Shown: in pieces, positions 1 through 8,581 of the stretch
Layout: every line of letters starts with the position of its first letter
How positions within the stretch are numbered: the stretch's first letter is position 1
Virus record (IMG/VR): IMGVR_UViG_3300045837_000015
Span: 1-41,807 of that record
Reading direction: 5' to 3' (one strand)
DNA from: a virus
Taxonomy: Duplodnaviria; Caudoviricetes
DNA length: 41,807 bases
Notes under the pieces: generated by a model
The model's database searches: none
What the model saw: only the letters and a program-made list of their open reading frames with translations
What the model was told of the DNA's origin: nothing
Position numbers and translations under genes: made by a program

Positions 1-110
1 TTCGTCCGCGAAAAACTGCCACAGCCGAAGGCTCGTCCCGAGCGGGGTTTGCTGGGATTTGCATACCCCCTGGTCAGCGCGTTGTTTATGTTTGCTAACG
101 TACGCCAGCA
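1..110. other. Probable packaging (cos)-proximal non-coding region near the genome end
   Basis: Non-coding segment just downstream of the terminal HNH gene; on the minus strand it reads GGGGGTATG...TGGCAGTTTTTC. HNH-cos-terminase order is typical of cos siphoviruses. The exact cut site is not identifiable. Confidence 0.35.
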
Positions 111-177
111 TCGAGATTGGTAACGCTCTGACCTGCATAAACGCAAACACATTGCGCTGCAACGCATTTCAGGATGG

Positions 178-486
178 TCACCATGCAGGTACTGTCCATC
201 CTTTGCGCTGCATAGATTGCTTACTGCGGAGGGCCGGCGGCTTGGCTCCGCGGCGGTGGTTGCAGGATGCGTGCGCAATGCGGAAGTTGGTTGGTTCGTA
301 GCACAAGTGTGGATGAGTGGTGACCGGTCGTGCATGGTCTAGCTCTGGGCTGAGTGGTGTGCGACCTGTGGCGTGGTAGTCGATGCGTTCGCCGCATAGC
401 CAACAGGGTAGGTTGGCTGCTCTTGCTCTTGCTATGAAGTCTTGGCTTATGCGTCGGTAGCGTCTGCCGCTGCGTAGGTCAGCCAT
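178..486 (-). CDS. HNH endonuclease (packaging-associated type)
   Basis: CWLCG...ELDHARP...NFRIAHASCNHRRG motif; last gene of the right arm. Confidence 0.9.
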   Translation of the reverse strand: MADLRSGRRYRRISQDFIARARAANLPCWLCGERIDYHATGRTPLSPELDHARPVTTHPHLCYEPTNFRIAHASCNHRRGAKPPALRSKQSMQRKGWTVPAW

Positions 487-721
487 GATCTACCCATCCA
501 CCAGTGCCAACCTCATCGTCGGCCCAAGCTGTAGGAGATGATCCTCTCTGAGCTGGCCAGACCTCTACAGTCTTCCCGTTCTCATCGCATACATAGACGT
601 CACGGTATGTGCCGCCTTCGTGGGATCGGAACGTGATTGTTCCGTCTGCTTCGTGCGTGACTTCACCAGGGATTTGTCGGCCGCCATGTAGCGGGTGCCC
701 GTTCCAAAACGTGATGGTCAT
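479..721 (-). CDS. Hypothetical protein (80 aa)
   Basis: ORF tiled in the minus-strand operon, overlapping the HNH start. Confidence 0.6.
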   Translation of the reverse strand: MTITFWNGHPLHGGRQIPGEVTHEADGTITFRSHEGGTYRDVYVCDENGKTVEVWPAQRGSSPTAWADDEVGTGGWVDHG

Positions 722-730
722 GCTCGCAGC

Positions 731-994
731 CTAGACCTCTGGGTATAGGTAGGTGACTGTGCTGGTTCCTGTGGCGACGATGGCGTAGAGGTCGTGGCCG
801 ATGCCGCCGGCTGAGGGTACGCGTGTGACGGTGGTTGCTGGGATGCTGACGCCGGTTGTTGCGGTGACGCCGGGTCCGCCGAAGACGGTTGCTGCTGAGC
901 AGGAGATGAGGACGTCGTCGTTTTCTGGTGGGACTGTGCACACTTTGGTTGCTGTGGTGGTGACGGTGACGCTGCCGCTTGCGTAGGTTGCCAT
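731..994 (-). CDS. Hypothetical Thr/Val-rich beta-strand protein (87 aa)
   Basis: TGATG coupling to the upstream gene; composition suggests a beta-sandwich. Confidence 0.7.
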   Translation of the reverse strand: MATYASGSVTVTTTATKVCTVPPENDDVLISCSAATVFGGPGVTATTGVSIPATTVTRVPSAGGIGHDLYAIVATGTSTVTYLYPEV

Positions 995-1317
995 CAGAGC
1001 ACCTTTACGGGTTCGTTGTGTGGGTCATGCCGTTGCCGGCCGTTGATGCGGTAGAACTCGGCGATTTCGTGGTGTTCGATGCGCTCAAGGCGCCAGCGCA
1101 TGAAGTCGTGGAAGTGTTCGTTGTCGACGATGGGTGGGACTGGGACGCGGACGCGTTGGTCTTGGTCGCCGGTTCCGTATGCGTCTGGGACGGTGAACAT
1201 GACTTCAATGCACCACCCGTCGACTGGGTGTTTGTGCATGGTGAATTTCCAGCCGGGTTTGTAGGTGATGGTGTCGAGTTGGTCCCAGATTTCAGCGGGT
1301 GTCAGGTAGCGGTTCAT
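994..1317 (-). CDS. Hypothetical protein (107 aa)
   Basis: Tiled ORF with protein-like composition (ERIEHHEIAEF...DPH). Confidence 0.7.
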   Translation of the reverse strand: MNRYLTPAEIWDQLDTITYKPGWKFTMHKHPVDGWCIEVMFTVPDAYGTGDQDQRVRVPVPPIVDNEHFHDFMRWRLERIEHHEIAEFYRINGRQRHDPHNEPVKVL

Positions 1318-1504
1318 CGCTGGTTTTGTCTGTGGCCTTTGGTTTGAGTTCGCCGGTGATGATGACTTGGTGTGTTTGTTGGTCGAAGTTGACGTCGTGG
1401 ACGCGTACTGAGAGTTGGACTTTTCCGTTGACGCGGACGTCGAGGATGTTGGGGCCTGGTGGTGTTGGTTCTGCTGTGGCTTCGTCGGCTTGTTTGCGTG
1501 GCAT
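1292..1504 (-). CDS. Hypothetical protein (70 aa, MPRKQADE...)
   Basis: ATG at 1504 overlaps the upstream TAA (TAATG); C-terminal part of the listed 1292..1849 ORF. Confidence 0.6.
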   Translation of the reverse strand: MPRKQADEATAEPTPPGPNILDVRVNGKVQLSVRVHDVNFDQQTHQVIITGELKPKATDKTSDEPLPDTR

Positions 1505-1920
1505 TAGGTGCCTGCCGGTGGTTGGTCGGGTGTGGGCTGGTCGGGTGTGGGTGCGGGCGCTGGCGGTTGGTCCGGTGTCGGCGCAGGCGCCGGTGTGGGT
1601 GCTGGCGTGGGTGCGGGCGGCTCGAGTGACTGCAGGTCGCTCAACGCCTGGTTGAGGCCGCCGAGGTTGGCTTGTGGTAGCTGCTGCTGCAGGTTCTGGA
1701 TTTCGTTCGCGAGCGCGGTTTTGACGTTTTCGAGGTTGGTTGCGAGGTTGTCGAGGTCGGTTTGGTCGACCTGCACTTGCGCCATGATTGCTCCTTCTTG
1801 GCTGGTGATGGTGGCTAGTTGGCTGGCGATGTCGGATTGCTGGGACCACAGCACTGTGAAGGCTTCGCGGAACCAGGCTGGTGCGGTGTCGAGCCAGCGC
1901 AGTTCGTAGGGGTTGGTCAC
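1504..1920 (-). CDS. Coiled-coil protein with Pro/Thr/Ala repeat tail
   Basis: Heptad-like LDNLATNLENVKTALANEIQNLQQQL followed by PAPTPAPTPAPAPTPDQPP repeats; internal AAGGAG RBS before ATG 1785. Confidence 0.7.
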   Translation of the reverse strand: MTNPYELRWLDTAPAWFREAFTVLWSQQSDIASQLATITSQEGAIMAQVQVDQTDLDNLATNLENVKTALANEIQNLQQQLPQANLGGLNQALSDLQSLEPPAPTPAPTPAPAPTPDQPPAPAPTPDQPTPDQPPAGT

Positions 1921-1922
1921 AG

Positions 1923-2078
1923 CTAGTACCAGTAGCGTCTGCCGGCGAATGGGTGTCCTACTGCGCCGAGTAGGAACAGAATCACCCCGATGACGAGCAG
2001 GATGATGCCGATGGTGACGAGGATGCCGATGTTGAGTAGGAATCCGCAGATGAGGCAGATCAGGCCGAGAAGTATCAT
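1923..2078 (-). CDS. Small two-helix membrane protein resembling actinobacterial DUF6131 proteins (51 aa)
   Basis: MILLGLICLICGFLLNIGILVTIGIILLVIGVILFLLGAVGHPFAGRRYWY; ATGA overlap; family recognised from memory. Confidence 0.7.
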   Translation of the reverse strand: MILLGLICLICGFLLNIGILVTIGIILLVIGVILFLLGAVGHPFAGRRYWY

Positions 2079-2206
2079 GCTGGCTCCCGTCGGCAGTCGT
2101 GGGCGAAGTGCTGGTCTAGGTTTGCTTGGACGGTTTCCCAGTCGTCGTCTTCGCAGGCGATGGGTTGGCCGCAGTGGAAGCATGTGACGTTGGTGGATGC
2201 GCTCAT
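2075..2206 (-). CDS. Small Cys/His zinc-finger-like protein (43 aa)
   Basis: MSASTNVTCFHCG...HFAHDC; ATGA overlaps at both ends. Confidence 0.6.
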   Translation of the reverse strand: MSASTNVTCFHCGQPIACEDDDWETVQANLDQHFAHDCRREPA

Positions 2207-2391
2207 TGTGCGTGCTTCTTGAGGTTGCAATCCCGACAGAACGGCGGCTGTGCGGACACCCAAGTTTTGCTTGAGGTTTGGCATATCCAGAGTGGATGAT
2301 CACCGGCGTTGTACCAGCGTCCGTCAATCATTGCGAGCTGGATGGTGATCTTGGCTCTGCCGACTGGAGACAGGTCAATATCCACGCTCAT
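2203..2391 (-). CDS. Hypothetical protein (62 aa)
   Basis: ATGA coupling with both neighbours. Confidence 0.55.
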   Translation of the reverse strand: MSVDIDLSPVGRAKITIQLAMIDGRWYNAGDHPLWICQTSSKTWVSAQPPFCRDCNLKKHAQ

Positions 2392-2552
2392 CGTGCATCC
2401 TCAAGCCGGTCGAGTAGCACGTTGATTTGGTCGTGGACGAGTTCGACACCCTGCAAATCGCCTTCGTTGCGTGCCATGCGGGCGCGGCAGACTTTCATGG
2501 CGAGTTCGTTCCAGATGCTGGCCGCGGTGCGGGGCTTGGTTGCTGTGGCCAT
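2388..2552 (-). CDS. Hypothetical protein (54 aa, MATATKPR...)
   Basis: ATG at 2552 preceded by AAGGG; helical, ending INVLLDRL. Confidence 0.6.
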   Translation of the reverse strand: MATATKPRTAASIWNELAMKVCRARMARNEGDLQGVELVHDQINVLLDRLEDAR

Positions 2553-2586
2553 GTTGGACCCTTGGTTTGGCCGCTTGAACGCCAGA

Positions 2587-2620
2587 CAACCGCCCGGCAA
2601 GCACGGGGTTCGGGCGGTTG
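2587..2620. promoter_or_regulatory. Inverted repeat / hairpin in the leader of the terminal operon
   Basis: CAACCGCCCG (2587-2596) and CGGGCGGTTG (2611-2620) in the intergenic gap. Confidence 0.5.
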
Positions 2621-2718
2621 CTGGTTGTTCAGTTGTGAACGCCACCCTGGCCTGTTTTTTAGACACGGGTGGCGTGCCACCGACTGTAGCACGGGTAACT
2701 GACATGTTTGTGATTTGC

Positions 2719-3378
2719 TCATTCGAGCACGCCGGCGGGTAGTTCGTAGCCGAGTACGCGTGCCAGCCAGACGAAGCGTTCTGGCGCCCATTGAGCGTGG
2801 CAGTGTTGGCAGATGCAGCCGTGGATGGTGATCTGCAACGCAGGCTGTCTCACCAACTCGCCGGCTGAGTCGTGTCGGTAAACGATGTGGTGTTGGCAGG
2901 CTGGGCAGGCGGCGGGTAGGTGCCAGCGTGGTTTGTCGGCTAAGAGTTCGGTGATGGCTTTGGCCCAGGATTCGACTGCTCCGGCGATTTGTTCGATGGC
3001 GCGCACATCCTGCGGTCGCCATTTTCGGCGCTGAATCGCACGGAGACGCAAGATGGTGGGTGGTGTGGGGTCATCTATCGGATCGTGGGGTTCGATTGGC
3101 CAGCGTGGCTCCCAGGCGGTGATCGCGGTGTCGATCTCATGCAGGAGTTCCATTGCGTCGATCCAGACGGGTGGCTGGCTGGTGGGTACGCCGCTGCGTT
3201 CGAGTTTGGTGCCGGGGATGGCTTCAACTAACTGGTCGTAGAGGCTGTCGAGCCATTGGATGCCCTGTTCGGTTTGGATGGGTTTGGGTTCGGTGAGTGC
3301 GCTGATGGCGTATTCGAGGTGGCAGCGTGCGGCCGGCAGACTCCCGTCAGACGGTTTGTGGTTTGGACAAGCGTTCAC
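2719..3378 (-). CDS. Conserved actinophage protein with C-terminal zinc ribbon (possible late regulator)
   Basis: SLYDQL...PPVWIDAMELL...CPAC...CQHC motifs; position before the last operon. Confidence 0.7.
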   Translation of the reverse strand: MNACPNHKPSDGSLPAARCHLEYAISALTEPKPIQTEQGIQWLDSLYDQLVEAIPGTKLERSGVPTSQPPVWIDAMELLHEIDTAITAWEPRWPIEPHDPIDDPTPPTILRLRAIQRRKWRPQDVRAIEQIAGAVESWAKAITELLADKPRWHLPAACPACQHHIVYRHDSAGELVRQPALQITIHGCICQHCHAQWAPERFVWLARVLGYELPAGVLE

Positions 3379-3602
3379 AGCTCGAACACGCTCTCACAGA
3401 ATGGGCACGTGACATCGCGCGGCTTTGCGCCGCCCTGCTCCTCGCGTGACAGTTCTTTTATTACCTCGATGATCGCGTCAATCACCACTCTGGCGATTTC
3501 ATTGGCATGGCTGTTGGATGGCGCGGAGCCAGACGCTCCGTAACTGGCGGCGAGTTGCACGACTGCCGCGAGCTTTCCGATGGCATCGTCGCGGGCCTTC
3601 AT
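3375..3602 (-). CDS. Hypothetical protein (75 aa) with C-terminal CPFC
   Basis: Coupled by start/stop overlaps on both sides. Confidence 0.6.
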   Translation of the reverse strand: MKARDDAIGKLAAVVQLAASYGASGSAPSNSHANEIARVVIDAIIEVIKELSREEQGGAKPRDVTCPFCESVFEL

Positions 3603-4501
3603 GCGGTGTCCTTGACTGGTTCGCCGCTACGGCAGCCGTAGGGTGAGCAACCATCAGGGTCGCCGTCTTCAAGCACATCGAAGATGTCGAGCTGCCGGTC
3701 AGCCCACTCACGACGCGTAACACGATCGATGGGTGCCTGATCGAGCGGAACGCGGGAGCGATGCAGGAATGCTTCGCCGCGTAAGGCTCCTGCTGTGGCG
3801 CGTGCACCGCCCTTGCGGATTTGGCGATCAAAATCAACGGCGTCAGCCCACTCGTCGGGGTGGTTGTCGCGTAGGTCGCGCCACATGGCGTTGCCGTGCA
3901 GTGGACAGCCGATGCAGGCGGATTTGACGGTGTGTCCCCAGCCGCGCTTTTTCAGCCAGCGTTCGCAGTCTTTGCGGGACATGCCTAGTTCGATGAGTGG
4001 GTATCGCTGCTGGGTGTATTGGTTGGCTGGTTTGTCGTTGCAGCGGTGGATTTCGTCGGTGGAGAAGCCGATCCATTGTTCAGCTAGGCGGCCGCGTGGG
4101 ACGGTGCGGTAGTCGGGTGGTTTGGCTCCGAGTAGTTCGCGGACTTTGCGGTTGATGGGTGCGAGTTTGTATTCGGCGGTGCATTGGCGGCGTCCCATGC
4201 CGTCAGAGCCGTCTGGGTTGCGGATGTACCAGGGGACTGACACGAAGCGTTTGGTTGGGTCGATGGTGTCGGTGCGCAGGTTTCCGCGGTTGACGCGGTG
4301 GACGGGGATTTTGTTGCCCCATAGCCAGAGTGCGTCGGTGAGGCGTTGCACTTGCCGGTAGACAGCTCGTGGTTCCCAGCCGGTGTCGGCGAATATGGCT
4401 GCATCTAGGCCGGGGAGGGTGCCGTCGCAGGCCATGAGTGCGAGGGTGGTGGATTGGACGCCGGCGCCGAGGGACAGGACTCGCATGGTTGGTTCGGTCA
4501 T
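3599..4501 (-). CDS. PAPS-reductase-like / adenine nucleotide alpha-hydrolase family protein
   Basis: PP-loop-like SLGAGVQST, FADTGWE, RQCT..YK, GFSTDE, YPL, KSACIGCP. Confidence 0.8.
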   Translation of the reverse strand: MTEPTMRVLSLGAGVQSTTLALMACDGTLPGLDAAIFADTGWEPRAVYRQVQRLTDALWLWGNKIPVHRVNRGNLRTDTIDPTKRFVSVPWYIRNPDGSDGMGRRQCTAEYKLAPINRKVRELLGAKPPDYRTVPRGRLAEQWIGFSTDEIHRCNDKPANQYTQQRYPLIELGMSRKDCERWLKKRGWGHTVKSACIGCPLHGNAMWRDLRDNHPDEWADAVDFDRQIRKGGARATAGALRGEAFLHRSRVPLDQAPIDRVTRREWADRQLDIFDVLEDGDPDGCSPYGCRSGEPVKDTA

Positions 4502-4713
4502 AATCCAAAATCCTCAGGAGTCCAGCCGGTTACGTCGGTTCGGAGTGGAAGTTTGATGAGGTCGCAGACTTCGTCCCAGGCGTCTGGGTAGTTGGTTTTG
4601 GCGAGTCCGCGGCAGGTGCCGAGTCCTTCGGTTTCCCAGCTTTCGACGCAGATTCGAAGTTCGAATAGTCGTTGGAGTGCGAGGTCGCCGAGGCTGCGAA
4701 CGGTTCGGCTCAT
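4498..4713 (-). CDS. Hypothetical protein (71 aa, MSRTVRSL...)
   Basis: ATGA overlaps; C-terminal part of the listed 4498..4971 ORF. Confidence 0.6.
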   Translation of the reverse strand: MSRTVRSLGDLALQRLFELRICVESWETEGLGTCRGLAKTNYPDAWDEVCDLIKLPLRTDVTGWTPEDFGL

Positions 4714-5096
4714 AGCTTCACCACTTCCCTGAGCACGTCCGACAGTTCGACGATGGGTGCGCCGCAGCTCCCGCAGCAGCCCACACCGATGGCGTTGAGC
4801 TTGCCGAGGTGGTAGTTGATGTGGGCTTTGAGCCTGGCAACGCATTGTGCGCAGAGGAGTTCGATGCGGTTGCCGAACATGTCGACGTCGTCGGTGTTGC
4901 AGCGGTGGAGTGCGTGGATATGCACGATGTAGGTGGCGGGTTGTTTGCATGGTGGCCGGTGGTGGGTGCATTGGCAGGCGTAGGTGTGCCAGTCGAGTGG
5001 TGCGATGGCTTTATTGGTGGCGTAGTGCTGGTACGCCAGCAGGTCGCACACTCGCTCAAACGACTCGATGGCGTTGAAGGCTTCTTCGGGACTCAT
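4710..5096 (-). CDS. Cys/His-rich hypothetical protein
   Basis: CQCTHH...C...H..HRC...LCAQC...CCGSC; ATG at 5096 overlaps the upstream stop. Confidence 0.7.
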   Translation of the reverse strand: MSPEEAFNAIESFERVCDLLAYQHYATNKAIAPLDWHTYACQCTHHRPPCKQPATYIVHIHALHRCNTDDVDMFGNRIELLCAQCVARLKAHINYHLGKLNAIGVGCCGSCGAPIVELSDVLREVVKL

Positions 5097-5320
5097 TCGG
5101 CGCGCTCCCAATCGGTGGTATAGCAGCGTTCCTGATAGAGGGATTCGCGAACAAGCGGAGCGCCGGGTTCCTTACGCCAGCGGGTTTGTTGTTTCAGCCC
5201 GAGTTCGCCCACCAACACCGAAGCCACGTATGTAGCCCAGTAGCGCCCGTCTTCGCCATCGGCGTATTCGCCCATGTGATCCCGCAGCACGTCGGCGATC
5301 CGCTGCTCGATGCCGCTCAC
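5093..5320 (-). CDS. Hypothetical protein (75 aa)
   Basis: GTGA coupling; IEQRIADVLRDH N-terminus typical of small actinophage genes. Confidence 0.65.
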   Translation of the reverse strand: MSGIEQRIADVLRDHMGEYADGEDGRYWATYVASVLVGELGLKQQTRWRKEPGAPLVRESLYQERCYTTDWERAE

Positions 5321-5487
5321 CGCTCGCTCCTGGCGTAGTGCACCAGCCGGCCACCAGGCAACGGCAACCCCGGCTTAATCGTGTTCGAACATTTCTGGCC
5401 GGGCTTCGCATGACACAATGGGCACTTTTTAGTTAAAGCGTCCTGGACTTGCAGACTTTCAGGATTGTTCAAGTCAGCGATGCTCAT
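5317..5487 (-). CDS. Small zinc-finger protein (56 aa; not in ORF track)
   Basis: Translated by hand: MSIADLNNPESLQVQDALTKKCPLCHAKPGQKCSNTIKPGLPLPGGRLVHYARSER; CPxCxAxPGxxC...H motif; coupled on both sides. Confidence 0.7.
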   Translation of the reverse strand: MSIADLNNPESLQVQDALTKKCPLCHAKPGQKCSNTIKPGLPLPGGRLVHYARSER

Positions 5488-6254
5488 CGGGTCCAGCCCA
5501 TCGCTTTGTTGATTTCTTCGCGGCCCCGGCGAACAGTTAATGTTCGGTCAACGTGGTCGCAGATTGTGCCGTTTTCGCGGTATCCCTCGTCGTCGCATAA
5601 ACTGCAATTCGCTATTTCGGCGAATCTCGCCGCGGTTTCTTCGCGGCGGTTTTGTTGTTCGATGCGTTTTGCTTCGAGGCTTTGCGGTGTTGGCTGCGGC
5701 TCAGCATAGCGGCCGTTGGTGGTTTTGGCTAGCGGTGGCGGCGTGCCGCGCGGCGCTTTTGGGGGCGCGGCGCGGCTTGCCGCTGCATCAGAAGCCCTGG
5801 TAGGGGCTTCTGATGCTAATGTCTCTGTCTCTGCTACAGTTTTGCTAAGCACTTTGCTAGATGTTTGCTTAGCAGTGTGCTTAGCACGCCGCTTAGCACT
5901 GTGCTTAGCCTTCGCTAAACCTCCACGTCTACCAGCGGAAACAGCATGCTGCCTGCGCGCCTCAATGTCCGCTCTGGTGTCCTGGTGTTCATCGAAATCG
6001 CGTATGTAGAAGCCCTCTTCGGACTCGCTAAGTGACGGTTTTTCGGTGTCGTTGGTGCACAATTCGTGCAAAGTTTCTAGCGACCACCTAGCAACAGCGT
6101 AGCGACGTGCTAGAAACCCGTCTGTGAGGTGCTGCCGGGACCACAGAGTGGCTTCCACAAGGCACCTGAAGGCGGCGTCGGACAGCGGCGCGATCTTCGG
6201 ATGATCCGCGAAATCAAGCGAGAATCTCGCATATAGCCGCCTGTCTTTAGCCAT
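5484..6254 (-). CDS. Putative replication initiator / HTH DNA-binding protein
   Basis: LDFADHPKI..LSDAAFR...WS....TDG N-terminus, low-complexity linker, C-terminal CSLCD...CDH; position after the recombination genes. Confidence 0.7.
   Translation of the reverse strand: MAKDRRLYARFSLDFADHPKIAPLSDAAFRCLVEATLWSRQHLTDGFLARRYAVARWSLETLHELCTNDTEKPSLSESEEGFYIRDFDEHQDTRADIEARRQHAVSAGRRGGLAKAKHSAKRRAKHTAKQTSSKVLSKTVAETETLASEAPTRASDAAASRAAPPKAPRGTPPPLAKTTNGRYAEPQPTPQSLEAKRIEQQNRREETAARFAEIANCSLCDDEGYRENGTICDHVDRTLTVRRGREEINKAMGWTR
5844..5909. repeat. GCTTAGC direct repeats at 12-bp period (candidate origin iterons)
   Basis: GCTTAGC at 5867, 5879, 5891, 5903, plus inverted copy GCTAAGC at 5844. Confidence 0.6.
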
Positions 6255-6256
6255 TG

Positions 6257-6739
6257 TTATCCCGCTGTGATTTGGTCGCATTTGAACGTGCGGAGTTTCG
6301 TCTGTGGTAGTGCGTAAGTGTCGCCGTGTCCAAGGTTGGTGATTGTGTCGGGATTGATTAGTTCTGTGGCGGTCGCGTATCCGACGAAGTCGACTAGATC
6401 GTTGTCGACGATGGCGAGGACGTATATGTCGGCGGCGTCTATTGGTTTTTCTATGTGGGCGAGGAGTTGGCCGCGCGGGTTTTTGGTGGCTTTTATGTCG
6501 ATACGTTTTCCGGCGAGTATGGAGTCGGCGCTGCCGGCTCGGGGTGCGCAGGTGAGATCGGGGTAGATGTTCCAGGCTTTGGCCCAGGCGATTTCGGCGA
6601 TGGCGCCGGTCATGTCGATGTCGATGGCGTCGTGGGCGCGCCGTTTGTCGTTGATTCTGGTGGCTTGATTGACGCAGCGGCGCATGATGGCCATCAGGTG
6701 GGCTGTGGCCAGTTCTCCGCTGTTGAGCGTCACCTTCAT
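6257..6739 (-). CDS. Hypothetical protein, possible PD-(D/E)XK nuclease fold (160 aa, MKVTLNSG...)
   Basis: GAIAE...D...IDIKAT pattern; ATGA overlap at start. Confidence 0.6.
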   Translation of the reverse strand: MKVTLNSGELATAHLMAIMRRCVNQATRINDKRRAHDAIDIDMTGAIAEIAWAKAWNIYPDLTCAPRAGSADSILAGKRIDIKATKNPRGQLLAHIEKPIDAADIYVLAIVDNDLVDFVGYATATELINPDTITNLGHGDTYALPQTKLRTFKCDQITAG

Positions 6740-7773
6740 GGCTCCGTTGGGTTTTCGAGGATGTCGATCACTGTGCTGGCTTCTTGTTTGGTGAGGTCGT
6801 CGGTGCTGCCGACATCGCGGCCGACTGCTGATGACAGCCATGCCAAGCGTTCATCGCGTTTGGTGATCTTCTCCTTGCCCAACAAGGTCAAGACCTTCGT
6901 TCGTTGGGCGGGTGTGATCATTTCGACGGGTTGCAGGTCGGCGAGGAGGTCTGCTTCGTCGTCGGTTTCGACGTCTTCGATGGCGTCGGCGATGGGGTTG
7001 TCCTGGTCACGTGAGTCAATATCAACGTTGGCGCCCGACGACGGCTCAGCGCCCTGACTCAGGTCGTTACCGCCGTCTTGACCAGGCTCGTCTTCATCAC
7101 CTAGCAGCTCGGCCACGTCATCGTCAGGCTGCGCCGCTGACGCTGCGGCTGGTTGTGTTGCGGCTGCTTTGGGTTTACGGGTGCGGCGTTTGCGCTGCAC
7201 CGGCTCGGTGTCGGCTGGTGCTAGTTCGACGACGTCGGCGTCGCCGTAGTCTTCGAGTTCATCAACGGCTGGCAAACCCATGACGGCGTCGGCGAAAATC
7301 CTGCGGCACAGCCTGGAGGTGGCTCTGGCGACGAGTTTGTCTGCTGCGTAGCCGCGTGTGTCGATGCCGGCGCGTTTCGCATCGTCGGTGGTGAATTGGA
7401 CGCGGGTCCAGTCGTTGTCGTCTTTTCTGCGGCCTTCGACGATGCAGCGGTGGTCGGTGGATTCAACGTACCGGATTTCGTGGCCTGCGCGCAGCACCAG
7501 GGCGCGCATGAGTTCGGCTGACTGTCCGACTTTGCCTTTGACGACGAACAGGTGCCGCAGTGCGACCATCGGCGGCAGGCCGAGTTCTCGGCCGGTGAGG
7601 ACGGCGGCCGCCACTGCTGCCGGTCGGCGGCGCATCGCATCCGGTACGAACTCGGTGTCGGAGACGTATTCGGCGAGTTTGATGATGGATGGGAAGACGT
7701 CGAACCAGTCGTCGGTAGTGGTGCGCTGCAGCTCCAGCGGGGTTGGTCGGTAGTGTGCGAGTTCTTCACTCAT
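6736..7773 (-). CDS. Single-strand annealing protein / recombinase (RecT-like)
   Basis: GRELGLPPMVAL..LFVVKGK...SAELMRALV, ARATSRLCRRIF; acidic C-terminal tail; directly downstream of the exonuclease. Confidence 0.8.
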   Translation of the reverse strand: MSEELAHYRPTPLELQRTTTDDWFDVFPSIIKLAEYVSDTEFVPDAMRRRPAAVAAAVLTGRELGLPPMVALRHLFVVKGKVGQSAELMRALVLRAGHEIRYVESTDHRCIVEGRRKDDNDWTRVQFTTDDAKRAGIDTRGYAADKLVARATSRLCRRIFADAVMGLPAVDELEDYGDADVVELAPADTEPVQRKRRTRKPKAAATQPAAASAAQPDDDVAELLGDEDEPGQDGGNDLSQGAEPSSGANVDIDSRDQDNPIADAIEDVETDDEADLLADLQPVEMITPAQRTKVLTLLGKEKITKRDERLAWLSSAVGRDVGSTDDLTKQEASTVIDILENPTEP

Positions 7774-8581
7774 CGCTGCTCCAAACGATGCGGGCGGTCG
7801 ACGTTGACGGCTGCACCAACGGTGGGCGTATTAGCCCGTCTTTTTCTTTGTCGTACTGGTAGACCTTTTGGGCGATGCGGAACATGGTGAGTTGCTCGGG
7901 TCCGCTGACGGTTGGGATGAGTTGGGCGTCGTCGGCGGTGACGTGGATGGCGCCGGTGTGCTGGACGGGGACCATCGGTTTCTCTTGGCCGTCGTTGTCT
8001 ACGAAGAATTCGGCGTATCGGTAGGCGGCGAGCTGGAGCGCGGTTTCTGGGAAGATGCCTTTCTCCCCGGTTTTGATGTCGAGGAGCCAGATTTCGCGAT
8101 CGCCCTCAGGACTGGTGAGTTCGGCGATGAGGTCCAATGTTCCGGCGTAGCCGTGTTTGTAGTTGACGATGACGACTTCGACGTAGACGGGGTCGAGTTC
8201 CCAGGCGTCGATGAAGCGGGCATAGTTGTCGATGTAGGGGCGCAGATGTTCTTCGTCTTCTTTGGGCCTGACTTCCTCGCCTTGCACGAGGCGTTCAGCG
8301 TAGGCGTGGACTTTGGTGCCTTTGTTTTTCGCAGCGTTGGTGGTCTCGTATCGGAGGGCTTGTAGTGCTTTGAGCCGGGCTGCGGCTGGTAGTTCAGCAA
8401 AGTTGTCCCAGTCGTTGACTGCTCCTTCGGCGACTGTGTTCGCGGCCCAGCCGATGAGGAATGGTTTGGGTATGCCGGTGTCGAGGATGCTTGTGACGCC
8501 GGGGATTCGGTGGCCGTCGCCGTCTTCGTAGAAGTGGTAGCGACCGCGGTCGACGCGCCGCACCGGTGGAATGAACTTCAT
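7766..8581 (-). CDS. PD-(D/E)XK exonuclease (Cas4/RecB-like)
   Basis: PGVTSIL, GTKVH, E...YAGTLDL...LLDIKTG, LQLAAYRYA. Confidence 0.85.
   Translation of the reverse strand: MKFIPPVRRVDRGRYHFYEDGDGHRIPGVTSILDTGIPKPFLIGWAANTVAEGAVNDWDNFAELPAAARLKALQALRYETTNAAKNKGTKVHAYAERLVQGEEVRPKEDEEHLRPYIDNYARFIDAWELDPVYVEVVIVNYKHGYAGTLDLIAELTSPEGDREIWLLDIKTGEKGIFPETALQLAAYRYAEFFVDNDGQEKPMVPVQHTGAIHVTADDAQLIPTVSGPEQLTMFRIAQKVYQYDKEKDGLIRPPLVQPSTSTARIVWSSDE

Noticed and set aside
25-34. CCGAAGGCTC as the exact cos overhang
   Set aside because: It resembles some mycobacteriophage overhangs only from memory, is in the opposite orientation to the genes, and cannot be supported without read-end data.
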